A stretch of DNA of 64,000 nucleotides, taken from assembly GCA_036172245.1 (NCBI GenBank), contig JAYWIR010000045.1:1178001-1242000 (forward strand), given 5' to 3'. The notes under the pieces were generated by a model, which was not told the origin of the DNA, did not search any database, and saw only the letters and a program-made list of their open reading frames with translations. The stretch is from Raillietiella orientalis. Lineage: Eukaryota. A program made the translations under genes and the position numbers. This document shows, piece after piece, positions 39,101-51,574 of this stretch (its first letter is position 1; each line of letters opens with the position of its first letter).

Positions 39101-42100
39101 ATCAGCTCTTTCGATACTATTTGAATCTCAAAAAGTGGGTACTCATATTTGAACTGAACACTGAATTACTGTTTTGACTGTTTCCATTCGAACAATAACC
39201 TGGCACTCAGAACAAAAGGAATTTGAGAGTACAAGTTTACGTATGAATGCATTAATGGATAAAAAGGGGATCATTGAAGTTCTCCGACTTCATGTTGGCC
39301 ATGCATATCAACAAAAACAAGAATGAAAATCACCATCCTGAGATCACGTAACTCATAATAATTATAAATAGTCATTACAAAAGTCAATTTCAAACTCAAA
39401 TCACATGAGCTCCAGTAGGCTGCTTAGTCTTTTATAGCCAATCACATTAAGCAAGCCAAAAAACTGAGCATGCACTTCCAAGAAGCTTTATTGGTGAAGT
39501 TTTCAAAAATTAAAGAATAAAGTACACATGCCAATGAATAAGAGCAAGTGCAGTTGCTGCTCTTATTCTACATGCAGTTGCATGGGCTGCGATGCTGAAG
39601 AAAACATAGTTAAGCACGATTCTTGTTAAAACAGATTTGAGAATATCAAGTGTAATTGTATGGCTGCGATATCTATGCTTGAACTGCAGTGGAAGGTTCG
39701 GGTCATCACTGGGTAAGCGACTTTTTTTTTTTGTGGCAAATGGAAAAGGAAATTCAGGAATAGAAGAAATTCTTCGATCTACGTCAAGAGTTTTATCAGT
39801 AAAACCTACTCTGTGTAGATAACCAGAGAAATGTAGTGAATAATCCGAAACAAGTTTTTTTTTTTCTTTCGATTCATCAGTTTACTACACTGATTTCATC
39901 GTTTACTTTACAAGAACCTAATAAAACTTTGCTCTAAAGCCACTGCAAATTGAAGATACGACACATGGCGAAGAGTCTAGTGAGTGGGTGGAGGAGAAGC
40001 ATTAGAAAGACTTCGCTGTGTCTGAAGCACGGAGTTTCAACAGAGCAAATTACCATAGTAATGATGGAGAAAAGATCAAAATGTATACATTCTGCATGGC
40101 GTATCAAACGATATTCTCGATGATAACTGTTAATGGCATGTACTACATACGAACTATATAATCAGTAACCTACCTGTGTTAATCACAGTAATCTGCAAGC
40201 CGACTTTTAAACGAAAGTTGTAAACGTTATCTCTTGGAATCTTTATGCGTGAATGGTTCAAGGTATGGTTCAAGATAGTTGCTGGCTTAGCAGAAATTGA
40301 TGGATAATTTCGCAAATGCAGGTAAACCAACAAGCATCTTTGCTCACGGGCAATATTATAGCCGAGGAGGGAAACTGAGGCGTAATTATTACCAGCTGAA
40401 AACAAACAGCTGAGGTGCAACTAATTATAATCCCGTTTAAACTTTTGCCGATTTCAATTACAGTAAAACGTTTCTGATAAAAGTGTTGCAAAATTATGAA
40501 TTCGGATTACAATAATGATATCCGATAAATTGATTGCAATAATGTCTGACCACAAAGCATAATATGATTTATATATTTGACAAGACGATGAATATGCACC
40601 TTTCCCATTACAGAAAACTGCATTCACGCAATTGTTCAGTCCACATGCTTTAAACAAATCACGCACATTCCAGATCATCGGTTTTAGATAACTGTTCCCA
40701 TTGATATTTTTTCATAAATTTAAAATCCGTATTTGATATTTCTATTTCTTAGTCTCCAACTAGGCATACGTGGGAACAAATTCAAATCAAGTACTCGAGG
40801 ACAGTTTCAAAGTTCACGGCATCAATCGATTCTTAAAAGGGAAGATCGTCCACCTCGGTGACTAAATTTACATCACATTCTATGCACACTTTGTAAACAG
40901 TACAAAAATTTTAATTTCTTGCACTCATCCATGTTTGATGCTGCTCATGTAAACATGATGTACTTTAATTCTCATTGAACTCAACACTCCCCTTCATCCT
41001 CTCCTTCTCACCCACCCGCCCCCTCTTCTCCCCAAATAACGGCATGTGTGTCTGACAATTTCGTTGGTTCCGAGGGTCCCGAGCCCTACGATCAAAACTC
41101 AAGTCCTTCAATACTGTAATCAGACGCATGTAAAAAATAATGCTTACTGTAAAAGTTTTTCCATATCTTGGCTAGATGTATCCGTAAAAGAACTGCGAAC
41201 GGGCTCACCACCAATTCCATGGGTTATCTTGACAGCATTGCGAAAACCATTTTTAAATACCAAAGTATGTGGTTTATGATAATTGAGTTTCTACAAGCAG
41301 TGATAGAATTTTGTGATTAAGTCAATCAAGTTGATTAAAACCCACCATTAAACAAGCTATAATAACTGGCATAAAAATAATTAACTAAAATTTCCCTTTT
41401 AGAGGACAATACCAGTTGACAAATATAGCAATAAAAATAATGTACCCAGACATGAATCCAAATCAGTTTCACTTAATATACTACGAATTTACTGGCACCA
41501 TCGCTGCTGACTCTCAGAGAAGTTGGAGAGGAGTTTTAAACAGCGGTTTAAATCATATCGTCAACATTCAGCCTAGTTTACATGCATTGACATGCATTGG
41601 CATTCCTGCATTCACAGCGACATTTTAACCCTTTGCACTCCACTGGCTCTTTCGAGGGAACGTTCAGAATTGCCACCCAGATCCACTGGCTCCGCTGAGG
41701 GGACATGCCTTCTGGTCCCCTCAGCAGAGCCATTGGACATGCAGTCTGGCACAACTCCGGTTCCAACGCACTGCTGAGGCATTCGAGTGGGGGACCAGAG
41801 TTATGCATTTTGTACACTGCAACCCGCTCGTCGGCATGCAAAGTGCGTGCAGGCAGCCGCCGTGATCGTTCACAGTTTCTTGTTACAGATCACTGTTCTG
41901 CAAACAGTACACATTGTACAGTGACAACCACGACTTCTTGAAGTTTGTTTTGAACAGGACTTCGACTTGCTGCTCTGTCACTGCCATCAGTCAGTTGCAA
42001 AGCAATGTGCTAAACATGGACAACGAGGAAAGGGATTATGAAAATTTTGAATTGAGTGAAAGTGAAGAAGAACTTCATTTACACCTAGTCGATGACAATT

Positions 42101-43365
42101 TAACTGATGTTGCATCTGAAGATAGTGCAAGTGATGATGATTCTGGAATTCGTTCTAGTGATTCTCGGAATTATTGCGAAAAGGCGACGAAGAATCGGAA
42201 TTACCGAGAGTGAAAACTCTTCCGGAGAAGATGAATGGGTCGATATAACGGATAGCAAAAGGATTCCAAAAAGGATTCATTTTACAGTATCGCTCAGGGT
42301 CACTGGACCACAGATTGCACCTAACATTGTGGAACCAACAGCATTGCAAAAAGAATAATAGAAACACCTGAAGAATGAACATTTATATATTTTTTTTCCC
42401 TATCAAAGCGAAGCCATTACTTTTCACATTTTCGATTGCTAAAGTGTGCTGGGGAGTTGCTGGTCGGCCGTGTCAACAAACGCTTGGAGTGCAAAGGGTT
42501 AATTTTGTCACTTGCATGGTTTCAAATAGTATTTTTCTCTTGAAATCGAAACCTCGAGCTCAAAGCATGATCTCGAGATTAAGAAGAAATACGGATAAAA
42601 TACGGAGGATTTTTTTTCTTTTTTAAAAAAAGGACAGAGCTACTACCATTACCACAACGAAAGGACATTTTAATGATCTTCAAGGAAAACGTTAACTTCA
42701 ATGTACGATTATAAAGGCACAGTCCAAAGAAGAGATTCAGTTTTATTGCGCATTAGATACTTGAAAGGATCAAGAATTCCAACTACAGGTGTTTAGAAAT
42801 GTACTCTTGCACGTGCACTTCGAAACATTTGCCATTCAAAACAGACTGCAAAGCAAAAAAAAATTTCGAAAGATCATGGGTCATATTTCTTGCATCACTG
42901 GAACTGAGTTTACATTCATCTTTTTATCGCGGAAAACACAACAGTGTACTCGAGACTTCATGTACATCTTTCATAGGCGAAATGGAACCTGGAAACTGGA
43001 ACTAAAAACAAATTCGAACATTTAAGTGGGTGGGATATGTTTGGAAAGCGGAACTTTTCGTTACTCCTGGCTAATTTCACATGGAGCTTCTTGCATCCTC
43101 CTCAGTTTCTCTCCCAAAATGAATGAAACGTTTCTCCCCTTTGTAACATAATGTTCGAACTAGGTAAATTGTGACCAAATATGTCACGATTTACAAAGTT
43201 CGGGCTACGTATTTTACCCATACTTTTTTCTTAAAAGAAAGTGTAACAGTCCGACGTATGCAAAGTGTGAGTTATTCTGTAGTTATTTATCTGCATTTGA
43301 TAGTGATATGAGATTAAAACGAGTTTTATCGTTGTTTCGATGCTCAAAACCTTTCCCCGGAAAAC
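33170..43365 (-). CDS. EFHC1: EFHC1/Rib72-like axonemal protein with three DM10 domains. Well-supported exons: 39006-38787, 38736-38581, 38509-38349, 35682-35510, 35459-35369, 34823-34718, 34428-34321, 33677-33470, 33423-33170. Probable upstream exons: 43159-43081 and about 43365-43322. First exon uncertain (possibly ATG at 43716)
   Basis: PKFVTLDNKVLKFKAYF, YYLIDDTISITE..NSGLQQGKILHRQ, YTWRDLNL, LRFYCFWDD, YFLSDDTVEV, FLRYEVML..YYLSDSTIQV, GATIEIFKRRFKIIGAD. Upstream FPGKGF...KT and RTLCYKG resemble the EFHC1 N-terminus; splice phases are consistent. Confidence 0.88.
39640..41500 (+). pseudogene. Decayed kinesin motor-domain gene nested antisense in the large EFHC intron; 5' boundary approximate
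   Basis: Ordered kinesin motif remnants: LMDNFANAGKPTSIFAHGQ (IFAHGQ at 40336-40353; compare IFAYGQTGSGKT), IIP, YNNDIR (40508), HALNKSRTFQI (40644), DNFVGSE (41054; compare DLAGSE), ELRTGSPPIPW..LTALRKPFL (41190-41255), SLNILR (41469). The P-loop is destroyed and there are many stops. Confidence 0.6.
41629..42498 (+). mobile_element. Non-autonomous, internally deleted piggyBac-superfamily transposon, 870 bp
   Basis: Perfect 14-bp TIRs (ccctttgcactcca at 41629-41642 and tggagtgcaaaggg at 42485-42498), TTAA on both sides (41625-41628, 42499-42502), and a frameshifted acidic N-terminal transposase-like remnant (MDNEERDYENFELSESEEE...SSGEDEW). Confidence 0.9.
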
Positions 43366-44554
43366 TTCAATTCATGGCACTACAACTAAAGCAGATGCGT
43401 TGTTTCACTGAACGTTTCTGAAAATTAAAGATGAGAAGAATGTGCAGCATTCACCATTTTTGCCAGCCGCAAAGTTCTCGACAAAATGGAATTCAATGCA
43501 GTTCCAGTAAATTCCGAATAGGGTTCCTTTAATAAGCTCCGGTGGTGACTTTTGTGAACAGCATCTCGTCAAACACTCACTGTTTTCCGTGGAAAGTTCG
43601 TGTGGCTTCCTGTCTTTTTCTTTTTTTTTAAGAAAAAACAAAACAAAACAATTGGAAAATATGCTCCTTTCGATGTGTGAGAGATGGTACGAATCTTTCG
43701 ACTCGGGAGGTTGCATTTGACTACGCGGGAGCCTCGTTTCCTTTTCTCCATCTCAGCGAGTCGGCCATCGTCAAAATCAAATGTTTAACGTATTGAATTG
43801 CCCTCGCGTATCCCTCCTTTTCCAGGGTGCTTTTTCGCTTCACACATTTGGAAATCGCTAGCAAAGCCTTCCTTCCAAAAAAAGCCATTCTCAATCGAGT
43901 GATGTAGAAGGTAATTTCATTAGTGAAAAGTACAGTATGCTAGTTATTCCAAAGTAACGACCAACATAGCATTTTTTGATTTCTCATTACAAATGATATC
44001 AATTTAACGTGTGTTATTACTGAAAACTAACTTAAGAACAAAAAGATTGTAATGGGGAAAACTGAGCGAAGTTTTTCGAGAAAAAAAGCCTTTACCGTAT
44101 CGAAATTCTACAAAAGTGAAAGTTTTTGCAAAATTCTTTTTTCTTTTTTTGTAGTCCCTTTAGAGTTTATATTACTTGCGAACGTATATTCAGAGTGGGT
44201 ACTCAACACCAATGAAATGTGAATATTTCTAGAAAGCGATGAATGATTGAATATTTAGGAGTCATAAGAGTTTATTCCAAAGGAGAAAAAAACGCGTTAC
44301 GCAATCCGTTTGCAACACATCGCTGGCGTGAATCTTTCCCATAAATATGGATAAAACGAAACTTCAGCTGAAGATTGCTGCTTTTTCCCTATCGATGACA
44401 GATTTCTGCGAGTCTTCGAAATAAGTTCATCTGATACATCACTTGATCATGATAAGATCCAAAAATCAAACATCTCCAGAATATGCAATGGTTGCCTGCA
44501 TTATACAGTGCGATAAAGACTGCGCTGCATGATGCAATCGAAAAATCGCTGATG

Positions 44555-45647
44555 TACTGCTTCGTCTGAATTTCTCTTTATGAACATTTGCGTTACATTC
44601 ATTCCCTTACGGCGTATCGAACAAGGGGAGAATTGGGTAACGACGAAGTACGAACAACGATAGAAACAGCTAAAAATTCAATCCATGAAGACCTCTCCGA
44701 TTTTTAACAAAGTGGGCAAATCGTCACTTGTGATGCAAGTAATTAATCGTCAGATTGATCAATAGTGTGATTATTAGCTTTAACACTGAGCACCAAAATA
44801 TTTCAGTACTTACCGTGGATTCATAATTATAACCAGGTAGAAATGGTGGCTTAATTAAACTGGGTATCCTTGTCATTGTAGACTGCTATGCTTTTAATAC
44901 TGTAATAAAGACTGATGCTATAAAAATGAAAATAATTGTATCACTAAACAAAAGAAATGTTCTTCGTTGCCTGTTTCGTCGTAAATTAGGAAAAGATAGC
45001 CAGCCGTTACTAGGAAACGGTGTCAACAATCTAACATGATTCATAACTAGATTTCAGGAAGATACTATTATTATTATTAGTGATAGTAAACGAAAATGAT
45101 CCTTCATGGTATAACCCTCAAATATGTATACATGTAGATACATAATAGTATAATGATTTTGTATGTATACAATACATATATATGCATATATGTGTGTGTA
45201 TATGCCTAAATACTATACGTATATATGTGTATACACATAGGTGTATATATTAAATATGCATATATAATCGTCATACCATGTTTATACATACCCAAATACG
45301 TGTTTAAGGATTTTGATAAGAAATCTAGTAAGTAAAATCAGCATGAAATAATGGACTTCTCGATGTGTATGCTTGAATTTTGAACTTCACTACTCTCATT
45401 CTGTGTTAAAAATAAAACTGAGATATTACTCAACGTGATCAATTTTCCACTAGTCATGAATTAAATTTTTCCTTTGCTCAATAAGATAATTCAGAGCAAG
45501 AGATAAATTGCAGTCAAACTGAAATACATTCAACAGCCTTTGTTAGAGAAGAGAGCAAATAGAACCCAATTCTCCCCTTGTTCGATACACCGTAAGGGAA
45601 TGAATGTAACGGAAATGTTCATAAAGAGAAATTCAGACGAAGCAGTA
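44555..45647. repeat. 84-bp inverted repeat pair (44555-44638 and 45564-45647) with a 925-bp spacer
   Basis: The arms are reverse complements with two mismatches; both outer ends are TA; the spacer includes a TA/TG low-complexity tract (about 45120-45290). Confidence 0.9.
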
Positions 45648-45649
45648 AA

Positions 45650-46700
45650 GGTTGCATGCCATTAATCTGAACAGATTATATAGCATCATTACAAATTTAG
45701 CTCAGGTTGTCTGAGAAACTTAGAAACCAAGAAAAAGGTTGTGATATCGAAACAAGGATTCAAGAGAAAAGAGCTGTTGGAATTTTCAATCTCATTATCA
45801 ATTCTTGAGATTTACAGAAAAACAGAGAAAGTAATCCATCATTGCATTCTAATTCATCATCGACAACGAGATCTTTGGAAGCTTCTCTGTCACCTTCTAA
45901 AGCTTTATTTTGATTATCTTATCAGACCTTTCTTCAAGCAAATTCTGTGAAAATAATTTTCGAATATCAGCCAATTCAGCTGTCATTCCATTAATATTTG
46001 TTCGGGGTTCAAAGTTAATACTGCAACCCTACTTGATTGCTATTTTGGCAAATGCTTGTGCATATCCTTGGCATCTTCATAATGAAGTTTCCTCAGCTTA
46101 TTTCTTTCTATATGTAGTGTTTTGTGTATGTATTTAAAATATGGACACTGTATAAGAGATTTTGTACCTAAGGTTTCTCTATTTGCACTTCGTCATCAAT
46201 TCTCAGCTTATTAGCTTTTCTTGTGAAGTGCACAGTTGTGGACCAGTGTGTGTCCATTCCTAAAATCTCTGGTGAGACATCATCATTTGCTTCTTTGTAA
46301 TTTGAACCGACAGAATAAATAAGGACATAAGCTGGAGAGAATGGTATTCATGACTAACTCTTTATTTTTGAGGCACACTGATTCATCACTTGGTATGCAC
46401 TGATATGGGAGGTCATATCTTGGTTCCTGTCTGAAGGAAAGGATGTACCATCCAATCTGACGAACAAAACGTCTCAAGCTGACGTCAAGATAAATTCTTT
46501 CTGAAATGGTGGATTTCTCACAAAAAGCACAACGAATACAAAAATATTCGCGCTTACTTGATCTCAAGAAAGGTTCTTTCAAACAAAGATGTTGGTCGAT
46601 CAGAATTAGCCATACTGAAATTGAACGTTTAACTTCAGTCAATGATTCATATATCCAGTTCTTGTATTGTGAGAATAAATCGATCTATTTCGCATAAAGT
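45650..46700 (-). pseudogene. Probable decayed DBF4/chiffon (DDK regulatory subunit) relic; boundaries approximate
   Basis: In order: EPFLRS|KRIYLDVSLRRFVRQ and NQDMTSHIS (motif N-like, RIYLDVSL at 46475-46498), KLRIDDEVQIEKP* (motif M-like, 46171-46209), HYEDAKDM../QAFAK (motif C-like but lacking the Cys pair, 46043-46084). Retains GT-AG intron-like gaps; several stops and frameshifts. Confidence 0.4.
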
Positions 46701-47161
46701 TCACTTTACTATGCATATACCTGCACTTCATCTTATAATTAGGAAGCGTTTTTCTTTCGAAAATTGATTTTTCTCAAAGAAGTCATTTTTGGTGGAAATT
46801 TGCATACAGCTCTATTTTTTTTTTTACTTTTAACTTCAGAAGATTTCAAAAGGTGCAATACAAAGACATCCAACGCTTTTTAAAATAAGTTTATAGATCT
46901 CGAGTTTGCTGGTGAAATTTTAAACACCAGTTAACTTATAAAAAGTGCTGTAACCCATGAATGAATAAATTTTTCGATTTATTATTTATCTTAATGCATT
47001 TGTTTATTGGATTAATTTAAATCTAAAAGTCATAAGTGTACGCGATGAAGGTTCTGCGTGACTTCTGAGAAGCATGTTATATGACTGTCCTCGTGTTACG
47101 CTTATGTGACATGTGAAGGCAACTTTCATAGGCATGTTTAGCGACGAGAAGAAAATAAATA

Positions 47162-49968
47162 ATGACAACAAAAGATACGCTTACAGTTGGTCAACCCCAT
47201 CTAGCCAAACAGGATTTAAAAAATTTGGTACTACTTTTTATCATTTGTCTAGTAAAAAGCAAAATAGCATCGTGATTGTAAAGTATCATTATAGAAATAG
47301 AATAGTGTCAAATTCCTTGGTAGTTATTTTGTTTTATTCTGTAGGTGATATCTAAACTTCATCCATGTTCTCCAGAAGTAATTAGCAGGCAGGCAACAAT
47401 TAATATCGGTTAGTGATGTAGTTTGGATTATTATGATAAGTAAATTCTTTATTAAAGTGTTTGATGTTAAAAACCCTGCAGTATACCGTGCATTTGTTCT
47501 TCTCTTTAAATAAAATGGAAAACTATCAGATTAGAAGAGTAACAACCTGTTGTATTAATGATTATGTACAAAATGAATTCCCAAATATCAGTTTTGCGTT
47601 TTTCAGTGTTTCAAGTTTTTGGTCAACACAATTAGTTTAAACATTTAAACGAATCTTCTTTATTTAAAAACGGCATGCTTACATGGTGTAGTAGCATTTT
47701 AGCATAATAACCCACGGAGTAAAAAACAGATTGATCCTCGGTTTAATTTGCATGTAGTAATCATGGAAATGTGCAATTCGTTTTCTTTGCTGAATCAAAA
47801 TTTTTTAAATGATTACTGTATAAGTCAGAAAATTTCCTGAACTATTGGATTTTGTTTCATTTCTTTTTTTTTTTTTTTGTAGGTGAATCTGCATTTAATT
47901 GAATTTGAGTTTTGTTTTACCATTTTTTTTTTATAATGTTGCCATTACTGAAGTTTTTAGACTGAATTATTCGTCGTTATAATGTGTATCTTTTTGTGTT
48001 CAAATTGCTTTGACTGAAACTGTAAGTGATGAGAGGCATTCAAGTTTAATTAATAAAAGAATCTTTGTTCTAACTTCTTATTTTCTTTGTAGCATGTTTT
48101 GTGTGAGGCATAGAAGATTATACAGGATTATTAAGTATTTGAGCATTTTTCCACAAATATCATTTAGTTTTCTATATTTATATTTACATGTTTATTTTTT
48201 TAATAGCAAAGCAATAATTCAGGTTATTTGCATTGGTTTGCTTCCCTTGTTAAGACATTTCATATTAACTGCCACCTGAATGAAGGAACCTTTTTTATTT
48301 TAGTGATTGCTTCGAATAGATTTTTTTCCCTCTTCATAGTTTATTCACATAGTTTAAAATATTTCATTTTTCAAAATTATTTTTTCAATTGTAATGGATT
48401 CTTTTAAAAAGCATTCTTTAGATTGTTGTATTTTTTCAAAATAATTTGTTTTCCTCTGAGTTTAATTCACAATAAGTGTTCAGGAATTATAGGCATCCTA
48501 GGATTCCTGTTTTGTGATCATATGATCTTATGTGTGGTGATGTACTTTACTTTATTTGATGTAAGGAGAGCCACAAATAAACAATCTTGTTACAGTCTTT
48601 GAAAATTTAGACATTTTGGATATACTTATTAAATATTAATTACCATTTTTGTTATAGAATCTCAGTTTAATAGTTTCCATTTTACTTTGATGTCCAAAAA
48701 TGTATTATGCATTTAGATCTAAATTTATTCAATTCATTATTTTCAGTGTTGTTACATCAACAAAGTTGATGATAACTTTAAGCATCTAATTTCAGGTGTT
48801 TATATAATTTTGTGTTGTTTCCGCATGGAGCATTTGAATTTATGCTGGTGAATCTTTTTTCATACACTTCTCACTTATGCAGTGGAAAGGCATGAATTCA
48901 TGAATAATGTGTATGCATGCTTTGGTTCAAAAGAAGCAAAATTTTCAAAGTAAAAACTTAATACTCCACTACTATTGAATTTAGAGTATGATTTAAACTG
49001 GGTATTTTCACAATATAAGCCATTTGTATAAAGTGCTGTACAATGACCTTTTCCCTGGAATAGTACAGTTAATATGCATTGTTTTCTAAGTGTTCAACCG
49101 AATTAATTTGTGTTTAACACTCAGCATTGTTTGATTCATTGTTAGAAGATTTCTTTCTGAATTCAATTTCTTTAGCGTGCACATTTTGTAGGGTAGTTTT
49201 CGAGTTTTGAATCAGGAAAGCTCCATATGGAAACAGTGCAGTCACCTCAGGTTTAAATCAATGATATCAATGTGTATGGGGATAATCTTTCATGTGTTTT
49301 ATTTTTATTATAGTTGCATTTTCCAGCAGAAATTAATGGTTAATGCCTATGCTCTTAAATCTGATTTCAGGAGATGCACCTAATGTAGTTCACACATGAT
49401 GAACTTAATAAGTTTGTATCATGTTTAGAACATAGTCATGTTCAGAACATAAGTATCAGTTTTAAAAAGTAACTCAAAAATCAGGAATTTTCCACTGATA
49501 GAAATATTATTTGGTTATGAATTTTGCAGTAATTTATGATTTTTATTCAATAAATTGGCTGCCTAGTCTTAGTATTCTGCTGCCGTATTTGTGTTTCATG
49601 TGAAAACTGTATTAGTAATTTTCGTCTGAATATGTTAATTAGTTTTCATGTTTTTGTATTTTATCTAACCAATTTTAAAGCCACTTTCATGTGACTTATT
49701 TCAAACATGAATTCATGTTATATAATCGATTATGTTATTTTGTATTTATTCTATTATGTGATGGCATTATGAATTATCATTTTGAATAATTTTATTTTTT
49801 GTGCCTTCAAAGGTACCATAGGACATGTAGCCCATGGGAAGTCAACAGTAGTAAAAGCTTTATCTGGAGTTCAAACTGTTCGTTTCAAAAATGAGTTGGA
49901 GCGAAATATTACCATAAAACTAGGTAAAAATGCATGGAGGAAGTGGTCTATTCAGCTTAAATGTCCAC

Positions 49969-49999
<31 letters not shown>

Positions 50000-51392
50000 G
50001 ATAAATGTGCTAGACCAAACTGTTATATATCAGCGGGCTCCTCAAAAGAAGATGTATTTCCATGTTTTCGTCCAAATTGTAAAGGACACTTCTATCTTCA
50101 GAGACATGTCTCATTTGTTGATTGCCCTGGCCATGACATTCTCATGGCAACCATGCTGAATGGAGCTGCAGTAATGGATGCTGCCCTCTTGCTTATTGGT
50201 AAGTTTTCAGAAAGGAGTTTTTACTCTGTACAGCAAGAACAGAGTACAGCTGGCAATGAATCCTGCCCACAACCACAAACATCTGAGCATTTGGCAGCCA
50301 TTGAAATCATGAAATTGAAGGATATCCTTATCTTACAAAATAAAATCGATTTAATCAAAGAGGCTCAGGCACAGGAACAATACGAACAGATTTCCAAATT
50401 TGTTCAAGGTATAATTGTTACAGTTTAATTGCATCAAATAGTACTTTTGTATAAGGCACTGTGGCTGAAAGTGCACCTGTTATTCCCATCTCTGCACAGC
50501 TGAAATATAATATTGAAGTCGTCTGTGAATATGTTGTCAAAAAGATTCCCATTCCTATTAGGGATTTTCAGTCTGCTCCCCGACTTATAGGTAAGTACTG
50601 TTTCACTGATTTTTAAAATGAGTGCTGCTTTAGTCATTAGGTCATTTGATGTAAATAAACCTGGTTGTGAAGTAGAAGATCTTAAAGGTGGGGTAGCTGG
50701 GGGCAGTATTTTAAGGGGTGTCTTGCAAGTTGGACAAGAAATAGAAGTTCGTCCAGGAATTGTAGCTAAAGATCAAGAGGGAAAACTTTCATGCAAACCA
50801 ATTTTCTCTTGTATTGTGTCACTGTTTGCAGAACAAAATGATTTGCATTTTGCTGTGCCTGGTGGCCTTATTGGTAAGTGCATTTTTTTTTTTTTTTTTT
50901 TTTTTCCAGCTCAGATAAGCACCTATCTTGTAGGAGTAGGTACCAAGATTGATCCTACACTTTGTCGTGCTGATAGATTAGTAGGACAAGTACTTGGGGC
51001 AGTTGGTTCCTTGCCTGACATATTTACAGAAATTGAAATTTCGTATTTTTTGCTGCGTCGTCTTTTAGGAGTAAAGACAGAAGGTGAAAAAAAAGCTGCT
51101 AAGGTAGAACCAATCAATATAAAAATAGGTTTTATTCTGCTGATTCCATTAACAGGTGCAAAAACTTTCCAAGAGTGAAGTGCTAATGGTTAATATTGGC
51201 TCTCTGAATACTGGTGGTCGTGTGTTAGCTGTTAAAGCAGACATGGCCAAGATTAGCTTAACCAGTCCTGTATGTACTGAAGTTGGAGAAAAAATTGCTC
51301 TCAGTAGAAGAGTAGAAAAACACTGGCGTCTTATTGGGTGGGGGCAGATTCGTAGAGGTGTTACTATCAAACCCACCATCATTCGTAAATAA
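47162..51392 (+). CDS. EIF2S3: Eukaryotic translation initiation factor 2 gamma. Exons: 47162-47227, 47345-47408, 49813-49923, 49971-50198, 50250-50408, 50456-50590, 50634-50873, 50934-51103, 51156-51392
   Basis: [81 protein letters not shown]. Confidence 0.97.
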
Positions 51393-51446
51393 CCATCATA
51401 GCCTAAAAATTTTTGCCAATCAGTTTTTTTTTTTTTTTTGTATTCT

Positions 51447-51452
51447 AATAAA
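51447..51452 (+). terminator. AATAAA polyadenylation signal of eIF2-gamma
   Basis: Canonical hexamer 54 nt after the stop codon. Confidence 0.6.
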
Positions 51453-51574
51453 ATAGAAACTGACTCCAGAAAGCGGTTTTGAAATTCCGATTACTTTTAT
51501 GGGAAGGGATGGGGTGAAAATGCAAAAAAAAAATCCATTGCATAATTTATTTTGTTTTTTAGTGCTGTGCTGAC

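Noticed and set aside
46560..46614. MANSDRPTSLFERTFLEIK as a BRCA2 N-terminus
   Set aside because: Lies downstream of the BRCA2 3' end on the same strand, and continuing exons hit stops; superficial similarity.
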